Positions 1 to 51,878 of a stretch of 64,000 nt of DNA are shown piece by piece (positions within the stretch are counted from its first letter, which is position 1; each line of letters begins with the position of its first letter). This DNA comes from Octopus bimaculoides (taxonomy: Eukaryota), in assembly GCF_001194135.2 (NCBI RefSeq), contig NC_069004.1:25834982-25898981 (forward strand), given 5' to 3'. The position numbers and the translations under genes were made by a program. A model generated the notes under the pieces. The model saw nothing but the letters and a program-made list of their open reading frames with translations. It made no database searches and was not told where the DNA came from.

Positions 1-133
1 ACTTAGCGGTTCGGCAAAAGAGACCGATAGAATAAGTACTAGGCTTACATAGAATAAGTCCTGGGGTCGATTTGCTCGACTAAAGGCGGTGCTCCAGCAT
101 GGCCACAGTCAAATGACTGAAACAAGTAAAAGA
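1..133 (+). mobile_element. 3' end of tRNA-derived SINE family A
   Basis: acttagcggttcggcaaaagagaccgatagaataagtactagg...ctccagcatggccacagtcaaatgactgaaacaagtaaaagag, identical in design to many copies in the window. Confidence 0.8.
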
Positions 134-835
134 GAAACTTGGATGTATCTGATGGTTCTTCTCTAAGATGCAGGCCTAGGAAAAGTGAATATTTTTCCCT
201 TTTAAATTCTAAAAGACAAGCCAATGCCCAATCATGCAAGTCACTCCCTCCCCCTTGCTGAACAATCTTGGTACCAGTGTTATGACACGTGAACTCAACA
301 TTCAGATTCCCCTGTCAAATGTAATGCTTATTTATTTATTCACACCGTTTTGAATTGATCATGTATTACCTTGCAGTTTTGAAATTTTAATGACGTGATT
401 ATTTTTAGAATAACATTGTAGGGTAGGTGTTAGAGGTCAGATCTGGCTAGTTTGGAAATAAAACAGGTATATTATTTTGGCCAGTTTAAATGCCAAAGGG
501 TTAAAGATCTCTAGTGGTAGTGGAAGGACAAAGGCAGATACAGTAAATGGGGTTCCACGGTTTTCATGCATCAAATCCACTTACAACGAATTTATCAGCT
601 CAGAACTATAGAAGTCACTTGCACAAAGTGCCACACAGGAGAACTGAACCCAAAACCAGAGACATGAAACAGAGTCATCAATTTACAAAATTAAAGTCAG
701 GACATAACAGTTTGTTCATATGAGAGGCTGAGTTATAGGCCAGTCAGTAGCCAGAAGCAGAGTTGATCCTTGTAGGATTTGAACTCAAAATATGAAGGGC
801 CTGAACAAATACCACAAGGCCTTCATTTGATGCTC

Positions 836-2350
836 TAAATGGAGCCGCTTGAAATGGTCGTACTGCATCACATTTCAAGTTGCTCCATTTAATTGAATAA
901 TGCAATCATTACATCAATTAAATGCAGTGCTATCATCAGCTGCACAAATATATGTATAGAATTTTAACCAGTTGGACACAATGTAATTTTTCTCATACTT
1001 TAACAGAGCAAGATGGAAGGAATTCATGCTGTTGCTATTGTAGCGAAGAATAGACTACACTTCCAAGAAAGGCGTGAAACCCACTGGGGTCATAGCTTGT
1101 AAAGGATTGTGGTTTATTTCTAATTTGTCGTTAACTACTAAATTTAAGACTAGAGGACTTTGTCTGTTTAGAATGAAGGGCAAGAGTGAGCTGAGAGCTC
1201 ATGGCTAGGTATGGTCATAAATATTGTCATATGTATCCCTTTCCCTCAGATAGGGAAGAACACATTAGGAGTAGTAAATTAGATATAAAGTAATTGTCTA
1301 TAAAAGGAGGTTAGATAGTGGAAGACTAAATCATGATGTTAATTACCAGTTAAAGGAGCAAGATGCTAATAAAACCTAGGATGTTGATAGAGAGGAAATT
1401 TTATCTTGGGGTACTATGGGTGATTGTTTATAAACAATATTGTTAAGTTGTATAAAAATAAAATTTAAGATTATCAAAAATGATATCATAACCATAATAG
1501 GTAAACTGTGTGTATATATCAATTATCAACATTAACAAGGAAAGATTACATAGAATCAGTTTAATATTCATTCATGTACTTAATTACTTATTAGGTGGTT
1601 TCTATAAAGACTGCTCAGGACATTTACTTATGGAATACTGCAAAGATTAAAATGCTATCTATTAATTATAAGCCAAGAATCAGAAAAAATAAAGATGTGT
1701 ACAGATACACACATATTTATATGGATCTAGTATAACCATCTTGCATAGACCTAAGTAGCTGAAAAAACTATTTAACAACAGTAACTTATAAGAGGTTAAT
1801 AGGTAAGGATATCAAAATAACAATTTATAGAAAATATTAAATACATATAACCTACATTTAAAGAGACAGGGTATTAAAATTTGAGGTAGGGAAGAAATAA
1901 AAGTACCTGAAAAGAGGAGATGGGTATGGGCGTAGTGAGAGCTGTTAAATAAAATACGGAAAGTGCAGCCTTATATGATATGGGTGTGAGCTGTGCTCTA
2001 TGAAAACTTATGTGACTTTTAAGTACAGGGACAAGAACAACCTGATGAATAATAGATTAGATCTAAGGGTATCATGTGTGCATAGCGTCACCCGTACGTT
2101 TAAGTATTTTTGAAATTATCAATTATAGGTGCCATACAATAACACGAATTTCTTTCATCTTCTTGCTCTGTTAAAGTATTTGAGAAAAATTATATTAATG
2201 TGTCCAACTGGTTAAAATTCTATTCATTTATGCAGCTGAGGATAGCCCTGCATTTAAATTGATGTAATGAGTGCATTGTTCAATTAAATGGAGCCACTTG
2301 AAATGGTCATACTGCATCACTTGATATCCTGTTGCTTATTTTGATTATAT
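836..2350 (+). mobile_element. Decayed Penelope-like element: inverted pLTR copy (871-1035) plus AT-rich body with GIY-YIG-like C-terminal remnant plus 3' pLTR (about 2136-2345)
   Basis: 871-1035 is the reverse complement of 2136-2305. 1985-2113 translates CELCSMKTYVTFKYRDKNNLMNNRLDLRVSCVH, resembling the CxLC...LLNxRxE...CxH tail of Penelope endonucleases; a degenerate YLYGSS lies upstream. Confidence 0.55.
2230..2317 (+). ncRNA. Type I hammerhead ribozyme-like motif with long helix II
   Basis: ATGCAG-CTGAGGA-(57-nt hairpin)-GAAA-TGGTCA-TA-CTGCAT: 6-bp helix I, CUGANGA and GAAA core, minimal helix III. Confidence 0.55.
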
Positions 2351-5228
2351 ATATATATATATATAGGGGGAAGGGCCTGCCCCACCACCACTGATTGACA
2401 ACCAGTGTCGGTGTGTTTATGTTCCCATAACTTAGCAATTCATCAAAAGAGACTGATAGAATAAGTACTAGACTTACAAAAGATTATTTTGTCAAATGTA
2501 TTGCTTATTTACTCTCATTGTTTTATTTCATAGCTTCAAGATTTTGATGGTGTGATCATTTATTCTTAGAATGACATTGTAGGGTAAGAGTGAGATGTTG
2601 GATCTGGCCAGTTTGAACAGAAAAGAGGTAGAATATTTTGGCCAGATACGGCCAGTTTAAACCAGCCAAAACAGGCCCAAAATATTCTTTGTTTTATGTT
2701 CAAACCATCCAGATCTGGCCTTTCACCACTAACTTACACTCGTAAAAAATAATTACATAATTAAAATCCAAGCTATACAATAATGTAGATTAATTAAAAA
2801 AATGTGACTGAATAAACACCATAGTTGAAAGTGTAATGTGAATGCTCGAAGACTGATGCTTTTATAACAATTTTTAAAAATAAAAAATGCTGGTATAAAC
2901 TTTATCAACCAAATTTTCCAGACGTGTATAAATACATGCGACTCAAGACAAAAATATCCAGGATAAGTTTAATTATTTTATTAACCATTTTGTTGTGTGT
3001 TATTTCTTTCTGCGTTGTTTAAATATATATGTATACACAACCCGCTTTTCGTAATACAAGGAGGGGTCTATAATTGATAAGATGACAGGGAGGGAGAGAT
3101 ATTACAAACTAACGGAAGTCAAGTAAATGATCAAAACAAGTTAAATATTATACAGAGGTTCGTCATTGTATTAGAAGAAAATTGTATTACTTTTGACTAG
3201 GTATATACAGCCAATCGACGTATGTCTCTACTACAACTTGACTACATCTGAGCCCTAGGGAATTCAATAATTTTTAACAGGCACAAAGATAAAATTGAGG
3301 GAGAGAGATGAGATAAAGAAACAGTTGATTAAATCAACCTCTGGGAATTTCGACTGGTGCTTGTTTTACAGAAATCAAAAGGGTTTCTAAAATAGGCACA
3401 AGGCCAGAAATTTTGGGAAGAAAGTCCAAGAAATCAACTCCAGTATTTGATGGGTACACCATATTATTGGCTCTGGGAGGAGGAAAAGCCAAGATGACCA
3501 CCACAGGAATTGAACTTTGAACAAAGAGTTACAAAACCAGTAAACTGAGATAAATACAAAGAGAGCGAGAGAGAAAGCATATAACATCGACCATGTTATG
3601 CTGTATCCTCACTATAGCATAAATAGCTTAAATTTCATCTCTGTTGGATTGCTGGCAGAATGATAATGAACACATGCAGCCAATTCTGTCCATTATTTTG
3701 CCAGCAATTGAGGTGTATATGCAACTATTTGTTTTTTCGCTCCAGAGCCCAGGTGGAGGGTAAAGTTAGCCACAGGGGACCAGGTCTGAGAGGGTTACAT
3801 TCAAAATTTAATAATTTAGTATCCATTCAGTAGTAAATAGTTTCACTGACAATGGATTTTAGTTTTAAATTTTTTACAAGGAAATTTTTGATGTTTTAAC
3901 AAGAGAATTGAAAAAGGGAGAATATGAGAGAGGTGAGAGGAGGAAACATAAGCGATATATGGCTTGGAATTTTTTTTTTTTGTTCTACAGATGTTACAAG
4001 ACGGACAATACAATAAACTACCCTCTATCTCAATACTCCCACAGAAACATTTCAACATCTTGCTGAAAGTTTGCCTTAAGACCCAAAAGCATTTCATGAA
4101 CCCTGAAAGATGGATAAAGGAAAATAGGAAGAGGAGCAAGAATGGAATGGTGAAAGAGAGAGAGATAATGAGGACAGTAGAGGTGGGGTAGGAGATGAAA
4201 GGGAAAGTTAATACCAGCAGGATTTCATTTTAAAATGTAAGAGATTCAACTACATGCTGCAAAGTATTTAATTTCACACCGATTCTGTCACTCACTACCC
4301 CCTAATAACAATGCTAATATCAGTTTCAAACTTTGGCACAAGGCCAGCAATTTCAGGGATGGGGTAAGTTGAATCAACCCCAGTGGTCTACTGGTATTTA
4401 TTTTATCAACCTTGAAAGGATGAAAGATAAAGCTGACCTTGGCAGAATTTGAACTCAGAACAAAGAGACGAAATGGCACTAAGTATTTTGCTGGCGTGCT
4501 AATGATTCTGCCAACTTGTACCCTTAATAATAATTCTAATTTGGGCACAAGGCCAGAAATTCTGAGGTAAAGGGGTTTGTCAATTACATCAACCTTAGCA
4601 GAACAGGTACTTATTTTATTGATTTCAAGAGGATAGAAAGGCAAAGCTGATCTCAGAATTTGAATTCAGAATCTGAAGAGCTGGACAAAATGCCACTGAG
4701 CATTTTATCTGATACACTGACAATTCTGCCAGCTTACAGCCTTGATAATCCTTTCTGCTAGAAGAACAAAGCATGGAATTAGAGACATGCTAAACATTGA
4801 CCCAGAAAGGATGAAAGGCAATGCCCTTAATAAATTTCTTACATAGGCACAAGGATTGAAATGTTAAGAGGGAAAAGAAATAGCTAATTCCATCAACCTC
4901 AGTACTTGACTGGTACTTTATCAAACCAGGTGAGACGGAAAGCAAAGTTGACCATAGGTGAGTGTATTTGAACTCACAAACAGTAACGAGCCAGAACAAA
5001 TACTGCAAGGCATTTTGTCAGGTGTTCTGATCCTGCCAGTCCATCCCCATCCCTGACCCCGCTGATAACAATAAGTGAAGAAAGGATAAAGAAAGAGAAA
5101 GAATGATCACGAACTAGCTTCCATCTACCCTCCGACTCCTTAACCACTAAACGTTTATCCTCCTTGTAATACTAAAAAAAGGGTTTGGCCTAAAAGATCG
5201 GATGAACATGTCTAAACATCGGCATCCA

Positions 5229-44395
<39,167 letters not shown>

Positions 44396-44399
44396 GGTG

Positions 44400-45000
44400 C
44401 GTTTACAAGAACCGACTGAAAGAAGTGGCGAAATTGGTTTAGAAAGAAAGAGGAGAAATAAATAGAGAGAGAAACCGATAGAGGGAGTGAACAGTAAATA
44501 AATGGAGAGAGACAGAGACGGACAGAGAGAAGGTTCTCTTTAAACAGACTCCGGGCCACACTACAGCATGGGATTATGCTATTAGCCCACATGGCGGGAA
44601 GGGGTGACAGGTTGTTGCTTGTGGTTAAAAATGCGCTATAATTGTGACTGACAAACGATGTGATTGTTAACAAAACACTCAAATTATGATTAAAGTATTA
44701 AAAAAGAGAAAAAAAAACGCTGGTCAAGATCTTGTCGGTATCATTTCTTACCGACATTTACTATTCACCAACCATTCATCCCCCATTGTTTTGTTATATG
44801 CATATATCGTTGTATTTTCTCTTTTGCCATCCTTGTAGATTTTTTTTAATGAGTTGCAGCTTTGCTTGTCACATGATTAAATAAGCGTTTCTAATTGGTT
44901 AGTTTATCTGGCTTTAATTTTTCTCTTACTTCTCCTACTTCCCCCCTCTCCTTCAACATATGAATCATTCTTTTTCTCGTACTTTCATCCTCTCTTTATT
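44400..45000. promoter_or_regulatory. IDH2 5' UTR/promoter region, possibly bidirectional
   Basis: Directly upstream of exon 1 ATG; CpG-retaining; YY1-like ACATGGCGG at 44589-44597; ATTGG (CCAAT) near 44896; CT-rich tracts facing both directions. Motif matches are short and unvalidated. Confidence 0.5.
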
Positions 45001-45189
45001 CCTTTCTCTCTCTTTGTATATTACTCTCAATTTCTTTCTTCCTTTGTCTGCCTTACTTTCTTTCTCTCTCTCGTCTTCCATTACATGTGCAGTTCGTTCT
45101 TTACCAGACTCTGCTTGTGTTGCTGGTAGAAGCACCGATCCTTTGCTTTCCTTTCTAGATATTTTCTTGTTATTCGTTTTTTGACACGA

Positions 45190-45210
45190 ATGCCAAAGTC
45201 GGAATTCAAA
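45190..45210 (+). other. Candidate first exon end of a divergent plus-strand transcript (ATG CCA AAG TCG GAA TTC AAA | GTAAGT; MPKSEFK)
   Basis: Perfect GTAAGT donor after a pyrimidine-rich leader (about 44960-45189), about 800 bp from the IDH2 ATG. No downstream exon identified. Confidence 0.3.
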
Positions 45211-45544
45211 GTAAGTAACTCAACGCCTATTTAAAGTTTAGCTTTAAATAATATTTAGTTAATTTGTCAATGAATACAAATGCTCTTAATTGATTCGTGT
45301 TTGCTCTTCCCCCCCTCTCTCTTTATCACTATCTCTCTCCTCTCACCTTCTCTGTTTATCACTTTCTCTTTATTTCCCCCTCCTCTCTCTATGTCTACCC
45401 TTCTGTTCCACATCCTTCTTGGACCTCGCGTAGAAATGCCGGCCTTATGCTAACGAAAAAAGTTAGGGAACAGTGGATCTCGAAGCACATAAAGCTATAA
45501 ATAATAGCATGTAATTGTTGGGGTGAAAAACCTTTTTTTGATAG

Positions 45545-45628
45545 AAAAAAGTCGAAGGCTACCCGTGGGGCTCGAACCCACGTCTCCCTAAGACGGGATG
45601 ATAATTTCCAAAGCATGAACACCTCAAC
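45545..45628 (-). ncRNA. Pol III-like small RNA or tRNA-derived fragment (B box plus T6 terminator)
   Basis: GTGGG-TTCGAGC-CCCAC T-arm, CGTCT/AGACG stem, TTTTTT terminator; no convincing A box. Confidence 0.3.
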
Positions 45629-48600
45629 ACCTCTCGTTTCTTATTTCGTTTAAATAAACCTGAGAGCTCTTAGGAATAAAAAATATATATTGATACTAAT
45701 GGTAGTTTCGAATGTTGTGTACCACCAGGTCAGCTCTGATCGAGGAGACCCAGAATGAAAAGGTACCTTAGGTGTGACTGTTCTTGTTTTTCTTCTTTTG
45801 CTTTTCCGTTTTTGATTACAATTTTTTAGTTTTGATTACATTGTCCACTGCTTTTTTTTTTTTTTTTGAGACGGTTGGGTCTAATTTGAGAGATTTAGCT
45901 GCTATTTCTAGCATTATGAGCAGCCGCATAAAGCACTGCCTGGGAAACTTTTTTTTTTTTATACCAGGACTGAATTATTTATTAAATTTAGTGAGGGATG
46001 CATCTGTACTGAGAGAAATAATGAATTTTTAATTTTACAAATTCATAACTATGTAAATTAACTCGCTATTTTCTTTTTTTTTTTCCTATGCANNNNNNNN
46101 NNNNNNNNNNNNNNNNNNNNNNNNNNNNNNNNNNNNNNNNNNNNNNNNNNNNNNNNNNNNNNNNNNNNNNNNNNNNNNNNNNNNNNNNNNNNNNNNNNNN
46201 NNNNNNNNNNNNNNNNNNNNNNNNNNNNNNNNNNNNNNNNNNNNNNNNNNNNNNNNNNNNNNNNNNNNNNNNNNNNNNNNNNNNNNNNNNNNNNNNNNNN
46301 NNNNNNNNNNNNNNNNNNNNNNNNNNNNNNNNNNNNNNNNNNNNNNNNNNNNNNNNNNNNNNNNNNNNNNNNNNNNNNNNNNNNNNNNNNNNNNNNNNNN
46401 NNNNNNNNNNNNNNNCCTGGCATAGAGATCTTTGTGGCTGTTGTGATTTTTAAATCTATAAAGAGCGGAAAATCTGCTACCCGGTTTCCTCAACTTAGGG
46501 TTATGTTACTCGTCATCGAGAAAAGGTTTTGCCCTGTCTAGTAAGTACTGATGTGCTGGGCAAATGGCAATTACGTAACAAGGGTTGTCAGTGCCCGAGT
46601 GTAATGACAATTTTGGCGCACCGTGCATTAATTAAAACTTGATAGCTCAGAGGAAACGTTGCACCCAAGGGTCACTGCTTCTCTTACTACACCTCTGAAC
46701 GAGCGGTCAATGTTTTGGGTCGACATGAAGTTGTGCGGAAGGGTGCTTAAACGTCATGAATATCCCTAAGATCAAACTTCGATCTTCGTTTGTATTAACG
46801 AAGGGGATAATTTGAGGGACGTTGTTAGTTAGATACTAGTACCAGTTAACGAATGGAGAATCGATTGCCGTGTGGGTTTTATGTTACAAAATGAATTTGG
46901 CCATTAATGATTCTAAACAATAATAATCATGAATAATACATCCAACTATTTAGAAATAAATGACTAAGCTAAATTCATTGATTCATCTCGAAAGGGGAGA
47001 CCTTAATTGTTCAGAATCCCGTGTGAAAAATAATCAATTCTTCATAAAATGCGAATGATATATTTCCAATGGCTTGCATCTTTGATGTTTTATAGGAATA
47101 TACCGGCTGTTTGGTGTGCACCTTCCTCCGTGTACCACTCAGTTTGACTCCCTAGTTGAGTCCAGGTCTTCTGTGAGAGCCTCATTCCACGAGTCTACAT
47201 TCGTTTTAGTTACTTGCTACCTTCACCAATTGTTTAGTTGTGCTCTCACAAATCGAACACGTGTATGTATGTTGTGCGTGCATATATATATATATAAATA
47301 TTTCTAAGATATGGCATAAGAGCCAATTCGGGATAGAAAAAGAATAAGTCCCTCTTAAGTTTCCTCATTTAGCGCTCATGTTATATATAGAGAGAAAAAA
47401 GTTGTTTGAGCGCCAACTAGTTCTTGTCTTTTAACTTGAATCGTGTCTTGCCAACACATCACTGCTAACCTTTTTGAATTATAGTGGTTGTACTTCATAA
47501 AATTTTTGTTCGAAGTAGTACATGTGTCTGTATTTATAGCAATACTGCAAGTGTCACTCCAAAACAATGCTGATGGATAATTAGATTAGCATTCATTCTT
47601 TTATCGAATTGTCTACTCAGTTGCGAATTAATCCTCACCTGTGGAGATGTATACACTGTTAATTAACACTAATGGAAATGGGTTTATAAAGTAAATGAAT
47701 GAATGCTTTGTGTTGCATAAATTTTTACATCTTTAATCGGAAATGAAATCAATCGACATGTGTGGATTGTAAAACGTTTTGTCCCAAGACAAGGCTGACT
47801 TATTCTTAAAAAATTGTGATTTGCGTCTGGAAATGACTTAAATATCATCTATTTCTCATTGTTCTTCGTTCATTAAAACTGAGATGATACCACACTCGGT
47901 GCAAGACGATTCTCACTGGAGCACCGAATCGGAGACCTGGTGTTCTTTTCTTAATAATTGCGAAATTTCACCACGGGAATATCTACTGATTTGCGGATGA
48001 TTTGAAGGCATAACTACACAATTGTGTCCCACCCCCACCGACTTTGTTTCCTCCTAGCTGTCTGAGAATTAATATTTTTTTTCCAAGAAGTTTTCTACAA
48101 ATACTTTTCAGATGGTGTAGATTACAATTATATCAGAATTTGTTGGGAATTTTTTTTTTAACAGAGGGCGGGGTGGATGAGGAGTTTCAGATAATTCACA
48201 CACCTTGGCTTTGTTTCCTTGTGTGTTTTGATGATGCAAAGGACAATTATATTGAAAAAAGAATTAAGAACTTTTTCACTCTTTGTCTTCTGTAATTTGT
48301 TGAACGAATATATTTTTTTTAATGTGACAGTGTTGGTAGTGGGCACTCATCTGTAGTTATGCCTCAGTTTCTACCCCTTTGCATCTGATCTCATCCTTAT
48401 ATCTTATCTTTTAAGTTAGTCTTTTATTTATTTTTCTTTTTGTCTTTCTTATCTAATCAGTGATATTAATTATCAATAAGTAAATATAATTCCGTTCACT
48501 ACAACAGTGTAGTATCGGCGGCTCTCGAATCCGACCGGCTGGTATTTCTAGGAATGATTTATACCACATCCAGCCGAATGTCATTTAGATTGACTTTCAT

Positions 48601-51600
48601 AAACAATAGGGTATCTTAAACTGATCGATAGATCAATCGAGTCCCTTGTTTTATTGTTTTGACTTGAAGTGTTCCAACTATGACCATCTCGTTTTATTTT
48701 CAGATTACGCATCTAAAACTATTATTCAAATTGTGTCCTTTTTAAAAACAATGTTGGCAAGTGGTTTGCGATAAATTTGGCTGCTATTTCTAGCAGTTCG
48801 TGTGACCACGTAGAAGCTTCTCTGTTGCTGCGACTGTTACTGTCGCTCTAGTTTTGGTGGTGGTGGTGGTGCTTAAGATGCAGTAAGTTAGAGATGTTGG
48901 TGGTAGTGGTGATGATGGATACGGCATCATAATATTTAGTCCCAGACCCCCCCCCCCCCCCCNNNNNNNNNNNNNNCCTCCCCCGATTGGGCAGACCTAA
49001 GACTGGTTAGTAAATGTGATGCTGATAACAATTAATGATGCTGAATCGGAGAGGTTATGATGATAATTATTGTTCTTGTTTAGTCCCCAGCAGACTTGTG
49101 ATCAAAGGCGTTTCACCCATGATTTGTTGTTGTGTTTTAGGGGACATCTGAATGCTATTTTTAGCAGTTCGAGTGACCTTGTAGAGATTCACTCGATGAT
49201 GTTGGTAATAGTTATAGGGCAAAACTATAGTTTGATGCTCCACCCCGATCTCTGACATTGTTTCCTCGTAAAAATACATATTTTATAATGGAATTTTTCA
49301 AAGATACATTTTCAGGGATGTAAATTATGATTCTGTTGACAAAATTTAGAAAGAATTTGAATTTTTTATTTTGTGAATGAGTTTCCGATTATTCTACCAC
49401 CTGCCGAATTTGGTTTCCTTTTTCATAAATCTCTTCAAAATGCGTATTGTTTAAATGATATTTTGACACACACATATTGGAGTGTGGAATTGCCGGAGTT
49501 ACGGAAATTGATAACAAAAGGCGGGGGACGAGTGTGGGTTTGAGAACGATCCGAAATTCCGTCAAAAATCTTGTTTTCTAAAAACATTTTAACAATATAA
49601 TTGTAACCTGCACTCTCGAAAACCATAACTCTGCTAAATTTCATTAAAAAAATATTCATTTTTCAGAAGATTGTGAAGAAATAAAGTCGGGGGGGGGGTA
49701 GTGTCGGAGCACCAAATTATCCTTATGGGGTCACTGTGACATTGCGGTTTGATAATGAATGATTGCATCGATGTTGTCATTTAACCCCAGATCAGCTCTG
49801 CTCGAGAGATAATCCAGTCGTGGCCACCCCAACTTTCAGATAGATATCTAAGGGTTACATTAATATGATCTCTTTTCTAAGACAGTTGATATATAATTTG
49901 AAGGACATTTGGCTGTATTTTCTAGCAGGTCTAGCGACCACGCAGAGGCTCCGAGTTACTCTGATGAAGCAGATCTATGGTCAAAGACGTTCCAATCATG
50001 ACCAAACAGTCTATATTTTCTGTTATGTTTTCTATAACAAATGCGTCTCCGTTTTTAAAACGGCGGTGCGTGATCTAAAGGCGATTTGGTCGCTATATCT
50101 AGCAAGTGAAGCAACCACATGCTCCCAGTTACTGTTATTGTTTGACCCAGGTCATTGTTGATGAAACAGACAGAACTATAGCAGGCATTCTAGCCATGAC
50201 CATCCCATCTTTTCAAATGTTTATGACTGCATATATTTCCTTTCTTAAAAAACAGATGGTAGGGCTAATTTTATAGATTTCACTGCTATTTCTAGCATAT
50301 GTAACGACTACGTAGCGGCTTCCCTATTCTGAAGAAATGGATGGAGTTATACACTAGGTTGGTGTTAGCGATGGTGGCGGTTGAAGAGGCTGGCAGATAA
50401 CGATAAAACGGTTAGATTAATTCGGATTAGACACACACATACGTATGAAGCAAAGAATTTTTGAATCACCCTGTAATTGTATAAATCATGTGTATGTATG
50501 TGTGTTTATGTGTGAAAATATCTGTGTAGCTGTGCGTTTGTGTGTGTGTCTGTGTGTGTAATACGAGAAACAGGAGGTTACATAAAAATATGAAGTTTGA
50601 CCTTTATTAACAAGTGATGCGTTAGCATTTACATTTATATAGTCTTGTGTTTGTATACGTGTGTCTGTGTGTTTCGGAATGTCAGTTAATAACCTTACTG
50701 TTCATGTGTCCATGTTGTGTGTGTATATATGTTGAGAGGAAAGCTGAGATTTGAGGATGTTAATGTTCTTGCAATATGGTTAACGTTTAGCTAATCAACT
50801 TGTATAAATACGTTTGTGTGTGTGTGTGTACATAATACCTGTATGTGCAAGCCTATTCATTTATATGTATATCAATACCTACACACTCACATTATATATA
50901 CAGAGGCATGCATACGTATACAAAGATAGTGTGTGCATGCATGCGTACATACACGCGCACATGTACGTGTATCTGTGTGTTTGCAAGGAGATATACTTAG
51001 ATGCAATGTGGATGGAATTTCGTGGTAGCACGAACAACATATCTTTTACTGGTTTGCGTCACTGGGCTGCGGCCATGCTGGGGCATCGCCTTAGAAGGTT
51101 ACAGTAGATCCTATCGATTCGCATATTTTAATAATAATTATAATAATTCCTAACGTGAGCGCCAGTCCACGATTTTGAGGAATAACGGCGGTGTTGTTGG
51201 TGGTGGTGGTAGGTATAGACCATTCCAGCTGCTCGAATGTAAGAGTACAGCAATAAATAAGGCTTATTCTAAGAATACATAAGTATCTCGTACTCACTTC
51301 TCCCTGCTGTATTCACCCTTCATTCTTCTTAGCCAATCTATGTAAATGTCTATAGTTATGTAACATGTAACGTGTAAGTGCTAGCTTCACTACAGCTGTT
51401 TCAGACGTGTTTTTTTTCTTTTATTGATGAATANNNNNNNNNNNNNNNNNNNNNNNNNNNNNNNNNNNNNNNNNNNNNNNNNNNNNNNNNNNNNNNNNNN
51501 NNNNNNNNNNNNNNNNNNNNNNNNNNNNNNNNNNNNNNNNNNNNNNNNNNNNNNNNNNNNNNNNNNNNNNNNNNNNNNNNNNNNNNNNNNNNNNNNNNNN

Positions 51601-51733
51601 NNNNNNNNNNNNNNNNNNNNNNNNNNNNNNNNNNNNNNNNNNNNNNNNNNNNNNNNNNNNNNNNNNNNNNNNNNNNNNNNNNNNNNNNNNNNNNNNNNNN
51701 NNNNNNNNNNNNNNNNNNNNNNNNNNNNNTATT

Positions 51734-51878
51734 GGGTTACCCTGGGTCTCTCGCCATAAACGATATCTTTATGGCGTTATCACCAGACCGTAAGACCTGT
51801 TGGTTATAGGCCAACAGGTCTGAAGATAAGCCATAAAGGTATCCTTTATGGAATGGCGAGAAACCCAGGGTAACCCTG
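51734..51878. ncRNA. Inverted pair of hammerhead-like motifs forming a 143-bp imperfect palindrome
   Basis: Plus: GGT-CTGAAGA(51820-51826)-helix II-GAAA-CCCAGG-GTA-ACC. Minus: GGT-CTGGTGA-helix II-GAGA-CCCAGG-GTA-ACC (degenerate). Outer stem 24 bp with 1 mismatch. Confidence 0.5.

Noticed and set aside
3964-4191. Plus-strand ORF with an acceptor-like ttttgttctacag site
   Set aside because: No recognisable protein similarity or partner exons; lies antisense just downstream of IDH2.
5190-5228. Possible stop-codon readthrough extension of IDH2
   Set aside because: TAA-TGG is not a readthrough-prone context, and the extension WMPMFRHVHPIF* has no PTS1.
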